Shown here piece by piece: positions 15,756-23,040 of a stretch of 32,000 nucleotides of DNA. A program made the translations under genes and the position numbers. Every line of letters begins with the position of its first letter. Position 1 is the first letter of the stretch. The notes beneath the pieces were generated by a model. That model was not told where the DNA came from. It was given only the letters and a program-made list of their open reading frames with translations, and made no database searches. The DNA comes from Candidatus Saccharimonadota bacterium (GTDB lineage: Archaea; Nanobdellota; Nanobdellia; Pacearchaeales; GW2011-AR1). The DNA is taken from assembly GCA_049511795.1 (NCBI GenBank), contig JBEKXS010000002.1, positions 1 to 32,000 on the forward strand, given 5' to 3'.

Positions 15756-17152
15756 TAATTATAATTTCCGTAAAGGCCACTAACATTCTGTGCAGAAGGA
15801 TTTTGCTGAGAAAGGCTTGCTGCAATGTCTTTAAGGAATTTTATTCTGTCTTCTCCCATTAATGAATTCAATGTTGCATTATCCAAATTAGAAGGATAAG
15901 AATTCTCAATCCAGTATGTTCCTATTTCATATCTTACAACAATGAATCCGTTTAATGCTTGTGCTTCTGTAACCTGCACAGAAATATTTCCAAATTCATT
16001 AATCAATGTATTTTTTTCAGCATCTGTCAATACAAGATTTTGAGTTATAATTGGTGTTGTATTTTCTTGAGGAATAATATTTGTCTCATTTGAAGTTGGT
16101 GTTTGTGGAGAAGTTCCTGTGACTCCTCCTTGGCTTAAGTCTGTATCTATTGAAACTATTTCCTGGCCATTGTATAATATTCCAACATGCATTGGTCCTT
16201 GCTGAAGAGATGAAAGATTCAGCTGATTAAGATTTATTGAAATATCTTTTGTATCTGTTCCTGTGAAATCGCTTCCAAAGCCTTGCTCTTGGGTTGAATA
16301 ACTTGATGTGACAGAAACAATGTTTCCATTTGTTGTTAAGCTGATTGTATTGTCTGGAAGTTGTTGGCCAGAATCAGTATGAACACTAGTTGGTTTTATT
16401 TCAGCTATTTCTCCAGGCTGTAATGTATATGTAAATGTCTGATTCCAAGAAACATTTCCTGTAACTTCATTTTGGAATTGAACAACAGCATGTCCTGTAG
16501 GAGTTAATCCCAGGAAGAAGTTTGCAACAACTCCAATCAAACCAGTTCCATTTGAATTATTATCTTGTGTTGTTAATGGACTGTTTTCTGCAGGCGTTGA
16601 ATTTTCAGTTGGAGTTGTGTTTTCTGTGCCTGAACTAGAAACTTCTGAACTGTTTGTTGAAGAAATTATTAAAGTAAATTGAATATCTGGATAAACAGTT
16701 TTTGTTCCAGCAAGACCAAAACCATCGCCAGAACCGCCTATATTTTGCCCATTAACAAAATAATTTCCCTGTGATGTTTGTTCAGAAACCAAGCTGCTTA
16801 AAGGATACTGATAAGTTTGCCCTCCATTCTCAAAAACAACATTTGAAGAAGCAGGTATAAGTTCACCTTGATTCAATGAAATTTTTAGTTGCCCATCAAG
16901 TGTTTTTCCTTCCTGATAATTTGCATTCAGGTTGAGTATTGCATGACCTGTTGAACTACCATGTCCTTGCCCAATAAGATATGCTCCAAAAATTATGACC
17001 AATGCAACAGGGATTATCCATGCAAACTTTCCCAAAGAAAGTTTTTTCTGACCCTGATATTCAGAAACAACTTTTCCGTCAACTCTTTTGCTTTGGTAAA
17101 GGTAAGGACCGTAAAGCTTGCCGTCTTTTTTTATGTACTTTTCATAAGCCAT
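15752..17152 (-). CDS. Type II membrane-anchored surface protein with T/P/N/E-rich linkers
   Basis: 466 aa.
- Cytoplasmic N-terminus: MAYEKYIKKDGKLYGPYLYQSKRVDGKVVSEYQGQKK.
- One TM segment: FAWIIPVALVIIFGAYLI.
- Large ectodomain with many sequons and linkers such as GTENTTPTENSTPAENSP.
- The stop codon overlaps the convergent stop of 14985..15755. Confidence 0.65.
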   Translation of the reverse strand: MAYEKYIKKDGKLYGPYLYQSKRVDGKVVSEYQGQKKLSLGKFAWIIPVALVIIFGAYLIGQGHGSSTGHAILNLNANYQEGKTLDGQLKISLNQGELIPASSNVVFENGGQTYQYPLSSLVSEQTSQGNYFVNGQNIGGSGDGFGLAGTKTVYPDIQFTLIISSTNSSEVSSSGTENTTPTENSTPAENSPLTTQDNNSNGTGLIGVVANFFLGLTPTGHAVVQFQNEVTGNVSWNQTFTYTLQPGEIAEIKPTSVHTDSGQQLPDNTISLTTNGNIVSVTSSYSTQEQGFGSDFTGTDTKDISINLNQLNLSSLQQGPMHVGILYNGQEIVSIDTDLSQGGVTGTSPQTPTSNETNIIPQENTTPIITQNLVLTDAEKNTLINEFGNISVQVTEAQALNGFIVVRYEIGTYWIENSYPSNLDNATLNSLMGEDRIKFLKDIAASLSQQNPSAQNVSGLYGNYNY

Positions 17153-17214
17153 TGTGTAGGGTAACTAACTTACAATAAGAAATTTAGAATATATTTAAAG
17201 GTTTCTCGGATTTT

Positions 17215-18312
17215 TTATTGCCCGCAGTTTGGGGCTCCCCAAATGTTATATCTTTCACTAGAACTTATATTTGCAAGAGTGTTACCAGAAGGAATATACA
17301 GACCTACTTCAGACATGTTAATATCAGGATAATAAAATGCAGAAGAAATCCCAAAGCAGTTCTGTTCATTAGAACCTGTAAAATTTACTGAATAAGTTGT
17401 ATAACCACTTAAATTGTCTTGATTTTTTGGAAGACTATCACTCTGAAATCTATTTGCACTTCTAGTTTGGGGCCATACTAAAGAAATTATTCCTGTATTT
17501 ATTGGGGGATTTAGATTACACCCGCCTGAACCATCTGCTGTGTATCCTTGAGGACATTGACAGTTAATCTGGCATTTGTATCCTCCATCACAAACTACAC
17601 CTGAATCTTCAGAGCCAGGAGTCCATGTTCCATTACATGAAGAAGGAATAGTACAGTCTACAGGGCAGTTACCTGGAGTTTCCCCTAATGATACCTCACA
17701 AATTCCATTTCCGCAAACAGCTCCACCAGGACCAGTACAATCTATAGGGCAATTTGAAGCAGTTTCTCCTGTTTCACAAATTCCATTTCCGCAAACAGCT
17801 CCACCACCAGTATTTCCACCTGTTCCGCCTGCAGGTGGTGTTCCGCTTATTGTTGCAGTGTCTGTTGGATTTCCGACTGTATTCTGTCCTGAAACAATAT
17901 AAATAGGCGCAACAGAAACGGTATCACCTGCGCTGATTCCAGGAATCTGTGAAGAAGTAAAAGTAAATGTTCTTGTATCCAATTCATTTATTGAAACATT
18001 TTCATCAACACTTACACTTTGTGTATTATTTATAAAAACAAATTTCATTCCGCCCAAAGTTCCTCCGCCTGCGCTTCTTCTTACAGTAACTAAAATGTTT
18101 GATCCAGAAACATATGCAGATTTTATCGCTATATCAAAAGTGAACTGATTAAGATTAACCTGTTTTGAGCCGCTTGAAATAATATTATTAACAACAACCC
18201 AAATAGCGCCTATAGCAACAAGTGCAAGAAGAATAAGAATTAAACTTGAAACAACTGTAGACAAACCAGAATTATTTTTTTTAAGATTAAAAATATTCCT
18301 CTTTTTACGCAT
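17215..18312 (-). CDS. Archaeal type IV pilin-like protein (class III signal peptide) with tandem Cys-rich CGNGICE modules
   Basis: 365 aa. The N-terminus MRKKRNIFNLKKNNSG/LSTVVSSLILILLALVAIGAIWVVV matches the archaeal pilin N-terminal pattern: a charged n-region, a small residue, then about 20 hydrophobic aa. Two tandem modules read AVCGNGICE(x4-6)GE(x3)NCP(I/V)DCT. A further Cys-rich segment follows (CNGTW..CDGGYKCQINCQCPQGY..GGC). Confidence 0.65.
   Translation of the reverse strand: MRKKRNIFNLKKNNSGLSTVVSSLILILLALVAIGAIWVVVNNIISSGSKQVNLNQFTFDIAIKSAYVSGSNILVTVRRSAGGGTLGGMKFVFINNTQSVSVDENVSINELDTRTFTFTSSQIPGISAGDTVSVAPIYIVSGQNTVGNPTDTATISGTPPAGGTGGNTGGGAVCGNGICETGETASNCPIDCTGPGGAVCGNGICEVSLGETPGNCPVDCTIPSSCNGTWTPGSEDSGVVCDGGYKCQINCQCPQGYTADGSGGCNLNPPINTGIISLVWPQTRSANRFQSDSLPKNQDNLSGYTTYSVNFTGSNEQNCFGISSAFYYPDINMSEVGLYIPSGNTLANISSSERYNIWGAPNCGQ
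17697..17806. repeat. Perfect 32-bp direct repeat (two copies, 78-bp period) inside the pilin-like gene
   Basis: cacaaattccatttccgcaaacagctccacca occurs at 17697-17728 and again at 17775-17806. On the minus strand it encodes the GGAVCGNGICE core of each 26-aa module. Confidence 0.9.
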
Positions 18313-18333
18313 TGCTAAAAAAAGACAAAGCTC

Positions 18334-18341
18334 TTTATAAA
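18334..18341 (-). promoter_or_regulatory. TTTATAAA box 29 nt upstream of the ATG at 18312
   Basis: Exact consensus box. Confidence 0.5.
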
Positions 18342-18353
18342 ATTACCGAACAT

Positions 18354-18674
18354 TTATGATGCTGGAGCTGTTGTTCCTGTTGTTGGGGCTGTCTGTGCTG
18401 CTGCGTTTTGCTGTTGTGCCTGTTGCAAACATTCAAGTGCTACCAAATGTATTGTCTGGTTTCCTACAGGCAAAGCGAAGGTCTGACATTGACCTACAGT
18501 GTTCACAATCTGGGAAAGCACATAATTTGCTCCCTGGACTGCGCCTTCATTCTGCTTCTGAACAGTGTATCCAGAAATTGCAGGCTGTATCACAAAGGCA
18601 TATATCATAACCAATGCCATAATGACAACAACTAAAGCAAGAACAGTTATCCAAATGCTTTTTGTATCTGCCAT
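18354..18674 (-). CDS. Small N-terminally anchored protein, possibly pilin-like
   Basis: The track ORF starts at a TTG (18677). The next codon is an ATG (18674), which sits 29 nt from a TTTTTAAA box, so I call 106 aa. The sequence begins MADTKS-IWITVLALVVVIMALVMIYAFVI. It continues as a short ectodomain with 2 Cys and ends in a Q/A/T-rich tail. Confidence 0.5.
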   Translation of the reverse strand: MADTKSIWITVLALVVVIMALVMIYAFVIQPAISGYTVQKQNEGAVQGANYVLSQIVNTVGQCQTFALPVGNQTIHLVALECLQQAQQQNAAAQTAPTTGTTAPAS

Positions 18675-18695
18675 CAATAGATTAAATAAAAGCTG

Positions 18696-18703
18696 TTTAA
18701 AAA
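18696..18703 (-). promoter_or_regulatory. TATA-like box (TTTTTAAA on the minus strand) 29 nt upstream of the ATG at 18674
   Basis: Spacing rule. It supports the ATG start rather than the TTG start. Confidence 0.45.
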
Positions 18704-18762
18704 ACTTATGTTGCTGTAACAGTTATAATCTTTAATAATAAAAATTAGTAAGTAAAAGTAGT

Positions 18763-19521
18763 CTAACTGTTCGTTGTTATCTCAACCATTGTTATTACAT
18801 CTCTCCAAGCAACATTTCCAGTGTTTGTTGCGACGACCGAAATAACATCGCCTGCCTGGAAATTAACAATTCCTTTTTCCTGAACATCATAGTCTTTCTT
18901 CATTCCAATTGCTGTTGCGTCTATTGTGTTGCCGAAACTTATTGGCTGCCCATTCTTGAGTATTACAATATTTATTTCTCCAGGATTTCCCTGAATGACT
19001 TCAAGGTTTGTTGATATTGCAGTTATGCTTCCGTCTCTAGGCATAACATATCCTTTTGAATCACTTGTCTGAACTCCTGCTCCTGTATTCAAAAATCCAG
19101 ATTGATTCATTATTCCACTGTATCCAAAGTCCAAGAAATTTCTCTTGTCGCTTGCAACAATCAAATCCCCTTGTGCCTTAAGCTGCTCAAGTGAATATGC
19201 GACGACATAAACCTGTTTGTTCTGGTTGTTTTGTGAATAATTTATCTGGTAAATTGCAAGATTATTGTCATTGACATTTTTTATATTGACTTCTTTTGGA
19301 AGAGAATTGAAATCAACCTGACCAACTCCTGTTATTGAATTCTGATCTATTCCTCTTTTAGATGCAAATTGTGCTACAAAGCCAGAAACCTGACTGCTAA
19401 GCTGTCCTATAACACTGCTGTTTGTCTGTGAGTTTACGTTTGTTGCTTCTGCAGAAATAACAAAAGCACCTATTGCAAGAACCAGCAAGACAACAATTAT
19501 TCCTAAAAATATTTTCCTCAT
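18763..19521 (-). CDS. Secreted hypothetical protein
   Basis: 252 aa. Sec-type signal MRKIFLGIIVVLLVLAIGAFVISAEA/T, followed by beta-rich sequence. Confidence 0.65.
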   Translation of the reverse strand: MRKIFLGIIVVLLVLAIGAFVISAEATNVNSQTNSSVIGQLSSQVSGFVAQFASKRGIDQNSITGVGQVDFNSLPKEVNIKNVNDNNLAIYQINYSQNNQNKQVYVVAYSLEQLKAQGDLIVASDKRNFLDFGYSGIMNQSGFLNTGAGVQTSDSKGYVMPRDGSITAISTNLEVIQGNPGEINIVILKNGQPISFGNTIDATAIGMKKDYDVQEKGIVNFQAGDVISVVATNTGNVAWRDVITMVEITTNS

Positions 19522-19613
19522 TTTTATTTTAGTAGATAGAGGGTTTCATATTTAAATATTTCTTAACCAGAGAATATTTAAAAATACCTTGATTTAGATG
19601 AATTATAAAGAAA

Positions 19614-19901
19614 ATGGAAAGACAAGATAAAATAACAGAAGAAAAGCTTGAGAAATACAAGAAACTCACATCAAACGCACTGAAAACTGTAAAATCTTCT
19701 GTAATAAAGGGTAAGGAAAAGCAGGCAAAAGAAATTATTGAAATGGTTGAGAATTACCTGTCAGATGCAGAATATTTTGAAAAACAGGGAGATTTTGTAA
19801 ATGCATTCGCTGCATTGAATTACGCACATGGATGGCTTGATTCCGGCGTTCGCCTTGATGTTTTCAGCGTAAAAGACAACAAGCTTTTCACAATTAAGTA
19901 A
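19614..19901 (+). CDS. DUF357-family small archaeal protein
   Basis: 95 aa. The remembered hallmark ..YLSDAEYFEKQGDFVNAFAALNYAHGWLDSGVRL.. is present. Confidence 0.65.
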   Translation: MERQDKITEEKLEKYKKLTSNALKTVKSSVIKGKEKQAKEIIEMVENYLSDAEYFEKQGDFVNAFAALNYAHGWLDSGVRLDVFSVKDNKLFTIK

Positions 19902-19903
19902 GA

Positions 19904-19911
19904 TATAAAAA
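19904..19911 (+). promoter_or_regulatory. TATAAAAA box 29 nt upstream of the ATG at 19933
   Basis: Spacing rule. Confidence 0.45.
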
Positions 19912-19932
19912 TAAAAATTTCCTTAATAAATT

Positions 19933-20622
19933 ATGAAAAAGAGGATTATTGTTCTAAGTCTTGGCGGAAGCCTGATAATTCCTGATGATGTTGACTTCAG
20001 TTTTCTCAAGAAATTCAAGCAAGTAATTCTAAGAAATACAAAAAGATACAAGTTCCTGATTGTCTGTGGCGGTGGTTCAATTGCAAGAAAGTACATTAAT
20101 GCGCTGAAAAAAGAAGGACTTAACGAAAAATTCCAGAGTTTTTCAGGAATTTCAGCAACAAGAATGAATGCAAGGTTCATGAACTATTTTTTTGGAATAA
20201 ACCCTGATCTTGGGATTCCCCATACTACAAAAACAATGGAAGAATATGAAAGCAAAAAAGATGTTGTTTTTTTCGGGGGTCTTGAATACAAACCAGATCA
20301 GACTTCTGACTCAACAGCTGCACAAGCTGCAAAGCATTTCAAGACGATTTTCATAAATCTTACAGATGTCTCAGGTTTGCATGACAAAAATCCTAAGGAA
20401 TACAGGGATGCAAAGTTCATACCTAAGATTAGCTGGAAAGATTTTTACAAGATGGCAAACAAATCAGCATACAAGCCAGGCCAGCATTTTGTTCTTGATC
20501 AGACAGCTGCAGAAATAATAATGAAACATAAGGTTACAACTTACATTCTTGGAAAAGATTTAAAACAACTGGAAAACGTTCTCCATGGAAAGCCATTCAG
20601 GGGCACAATAATAAGTGGTTAG
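19933..20622 (+). CDS. pyrH: Uridylate (UMP) kinase, archaeal type (amino-acid kinase fold)
   Basis: 229 aa. Motifs: LSLGGSLI, CGGGSIARKYI, FGGLEYKPDQTSDSTAAQAA, TDVSGLHDKNPKEY. Length and motifs match archaeal PyrH rather than isopentenyl phosphate kinase. Confidence 0.8.
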   Translation: MKKRIIVLSLGGSLIIPDDVDFSFLKKFKQVILRNTKRYKFLIVCGGGSIARKYINALKKEGLNEKFQSFSGISATRMNARFMNYFFGINPDLGIPHTTKTMEEYESKKDVVFFGGLEYKPDQTSDSTAAQAAKHFKTIFINLTDVSGLHDKNPKEYRDAKFIPKISWKDFYKMANKSAYKPGQHFVLDQTAAEIIMKHKVTTYILGKDLKQLENVLHGKPFRGTIISG

Positions 20623-20629
20623 CTCAATT

Positions 20630-20637
20630 TTTATAAA
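20630..20637 (+). promoter_or_regulatory. TTTATAAA box 29 nt upstream of the ATG at 20659
   Basis: Exact consensus box. Confidence 0.5.
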
Positions 20638-20658
20638 TGAGCCTTATTTCTTTAAAAT

Positions 20659-21108
20659 ATGGATTACATAACTGTTTCAGGCAATGATTTCAATGAAATC
20701 AGAAAGAAAATAAGAGAAAGCAAAGGGAAAAAAGTCATTTTCTCAAGCAGTGATGATGACATAGCAAGAAAAGTTCTGGAAAAGGAAAAGATAAATGTAC
20801 TTTTGATAAGCCTTATGGGGAGAAGGGACAAGTTAAAGCAAAGAAATTCTGGATTTAATCAGGTTTTGGCAAAACTTGCAAAGAGAAAAGATGTTGCAAT
20901 AGGAATAAATCTTGACGAGCTTGTTAATTCAAGCAAAGAAGAAAAAGCAGAAATTCTGGGAAGAATAAGGCAAAACATAGTATTGTGCAATAAGAATAAG
21001 CTAAAAATGATTTTCATATCAAAAGAATCAAAGGACAGTTATAATTTAAAAGCGCTGGGGCTTGTTTTAAGCATGCCTACATGGATGGCAGGAGTTTTGA
21101 CAATATAA
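20659..21108 (+). CDS. Short RNase P protein component 3 (Rpp30/Rnp3)-like protein
   Basis: 149 aa. ..ARKVLEKEKINVLL..RRDKLKQRNSGFNQVLAKLAKRKDVAIGINLDELV...RIRQNIVLCNKNKLKMIFISKES....LKALGLVL resembles the C-terminal two thirds of the Rpp30 barrel. It is shorter than the usual 210-240 aa or so. Confidence 0.5.
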   Translation: MDYITVSGNDFNEIRKKIRESKGKKVIFSSSDDDIARKVLEKEKINVLLISLMGRRDKLKQRNSGFNQVLAKLAKRKDVAIGINLDELVNSSKEEKAEILGRIRQNIVLCNKNKLKMIFISKESKDSYNLKALGLVLSMPTWMAGVLTI

Positions 21109-21109
21109 A

Positions 21110-22633
21110 ATGCAAGACATAAACAAAATTTTGGAATCTTTAAGTCCTATCGAGCAAAAAATTCTTCCTCATATTGAAGAAAAAAATGTTTCAGAAATCT
21201 GCAAAAAATCAAGCCTTGACAAGACATCTGTTATAAGAGCTTTAAGTTACTTGAAAAGTAAGGGAATTGTAAATCTCATAACAAAAGAGAAAAAAATAGT
21301 TGATGTTGGAATAAACGGCGCACTTTACAGAAAAAAAGGCCTTCCTGAAAGGCGATTGATGCAGCTTTTGGAAGAAAAAAGAATAATGAAGATTGATGAA
21401 GCAAGCAAGCAGAGCAAACTTTCTGAAGAAGAGTTCAAGGCTTCTCTTGGAGTTCTGAAAAAAAAGGCATTTATTGAACTGAAAAATGAAAAAATATTTC
21501 TTACAGCGAAAAAAGAAGAAATATCAAAAAAAAGCATTGAGGAAATTTTTCTAGATTCCCTACCTTTGGAGCTTGACTCTTTAAGCCAAGAACAGCTTTA
21601 TGCGCTGAAATCCCTGGAAAAAAGAAGAAACATGCTCCAGATTTCAGATGAAAAAACAACACAGGTTGAAGCAACAGAGTTTGGAAGAAAAATAATGAGC
21701 TTAAGCATGGGAACAAATGGAAAGGGATTTATTGAGCAGATAACCCCTGAAATTATAGCTGATGATTCAAAATGGCATGGAAAAAAATTTAGAAGATATG
21801 ACATCGCAATTCCTGTTCCTAAATTATATGGTGGAAAAAGGCATTTTGTCAACCAGGCAATTGATTATGCCCGCGGATTGTGGACAGAAATGGGATTCAA
21901 GGAAATGTCAGGAGATATTGTTGTCAGCAGCTTCTGGAATTTCGATGCTCTTTTCACAGCGCAGGATCATCCTGTAAGGGAAATGCAGGACACGTTCTTC
22001 ATAGACAAAAAAACAGATCTTCCTGATAAAAAGCTTGTAAAAGAAGTGAAGGAAAGCCATGAATTAGGCGTTTCGGGCAGCATTGGCTGGGGTTACAAGT
22101 GGGATGAAGAAGAAGCTAAAAAGCTTGTTCTCAGAACTCATACAACATGTCTCTCTTCACAAACTCTCGCACAATTAAAAGAAAAAGATTTGCCTGCAAA
22201 ATTCTTCGCAATCGGAAAATGTTTCAGGAATGAGACAGTTGACTGGAGCCATGGCTTTGAATTCAATCAGACAGAAGGAATTGTTGTGGATCCAAGGGCA
22301 AACATGCGTCACCTTCTAGGTTATCTTAAGCAGTTCTTCAAAAAAATGGGTTTTGAAAAAGTTCGTTTTAGGCCTGGTTATTTCCCATACACAGAGCCAA
22401 GCGTTGAAATAGATGTTTTCCATCCAGAAAGAAAAGTATGGCTTGAATTAGGCGGAGCAGGTATTTTCAGGCCAGAAGTTGTTGTTCCTCTTCTCGGAAA
22501 AAATATTCCTGTGCTTGCATGGGGCCCTGGTTTTGACAGAATTATTATGGATTACTATAAAATAAAAGACCTCCGTGATTTTTACAAAAACGATATAAAT
22601 CAATTAAGAAAAATGAAATTTTGGGTGAAATAA
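21110..22633 (+). CDS. pheS: Phenylalanyl-tRNA synthetase alpha subunit (archaeal type)
   Basis: 507 aa. N-terminal winged-helix repeats. Class II core with FRNETVDWSHGFEFNQTEG and GAGIFRPEV. Confidence 0.92.
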   Translation: MQDINKILESLSPIEQKILPHIEEKNVSEICKKSSLDKTSVIRALSYLKSKGIVNLITKEKKIVDVGINGALYRKKGLPERRLMQLLEEKRIMKIDEASKQSKLSEEEFKASLGVLKKKAFIELKNEKIFLTAKKEEISKKSIEEIFLDSLPLELDSLSQEQLYALKSLEKRRNMLQISDEKTTQVEATEFGRKIMSLSMGTNGKGFIEQITPEIIADDSKWHGKKFRRYDIAIPVPKLYGGKRHFVNQAIDYARGLWTEMGFKEMSGDIVVSSFWNFDALFTAQDHPVREMQDTFFIDKKTDLPDKKLVKEVKESHELGVSGSIGWGYKWDEEEAKKLVLRTHTTCLSSQTLAQLKEKDLPAKFFAIGKCFRNETVDWSHGFEFNQTEGIVVDPRANMRHLLGYLKQFFKKMGFEKVRFRPGYFPYTEPSVEIDVFHPERKVWLELGGAGIFRPEVVVPLLGKNIPVLAWGPGFDRIIMDYYKIKDLRDFYKNDINQLRKMKFWVK

Positions 22634-22634
22634 A

Positions 22635-23033
22635 ATGGAAACAGATAAAAATTGTATATTTTGCAGAATAATTTCTGGAGAAATACCTTCAGTAAAAATA
22701 TGGGAAGATAAAGATTATTGGGTTATGCTAGATGCACATCCAATTAATCCAGGACATACATTAGTAATTCCAAAAAGGCACAGTGACTATATTTTTGACT
22801 TAAATGACAGAGATTATGTTGAATTAATGCTAAAATCTAAAACAATTGCTAAAACTCTAAAGGAAAAGCTAAAGCCAAAAAGAGTTGGGATTGTTGTTGA
22901 AGGTTTTGGTGTTCACCATGTTCACATTCATCTTATTCCTATAAACAAGGGAGAGGAATTAAACTCAAATAGGGCAAAAAACATGGATGAAAAAGAATTA
23001 AATAAAATTGCACAGAAAATAAAAGGAAATTAA
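22635..23033 (+). CDS. HIT-family (histidine triad) nucleotide hydrolase/transferase
   Basis: 132 aa. CIFCRII, LDAHPINPGHTLVIPKRH and the triad HHVHIHLIP. Confidence 0.9.
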   Translation: METDKNCIFCRIISGEIPSVKIWEDKDYWVMLDAHPINPGHTLVIPKRHSDYIFDLNDRDYVELMLKSKTIAKTLKEKLKPKRVGIVVEGFGVHHVHIHLIPINKGEELNSNRAKNMDEKELNKIAQKIKGN

Positions 23034-23040
23034 AACTAAA

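Noticed and set aside
17576-17902. 108-aa Pro-rich plus-strand ORF
   Set aside because: It is antisense to the Gly/Cys-rich repeat region of the pilin-like gene. A Pro-rich reading is the expected complement of Gly codons.
18675-18677. TTG start codon used by the track for ORF 18354..18677
   Set aside because: The next codon is an ATG (18674), positioned 29 nt from a TATA box, so I prefer the ATG. This also shows that the track accepts non-ATG starts, so I re-checked every start I used.
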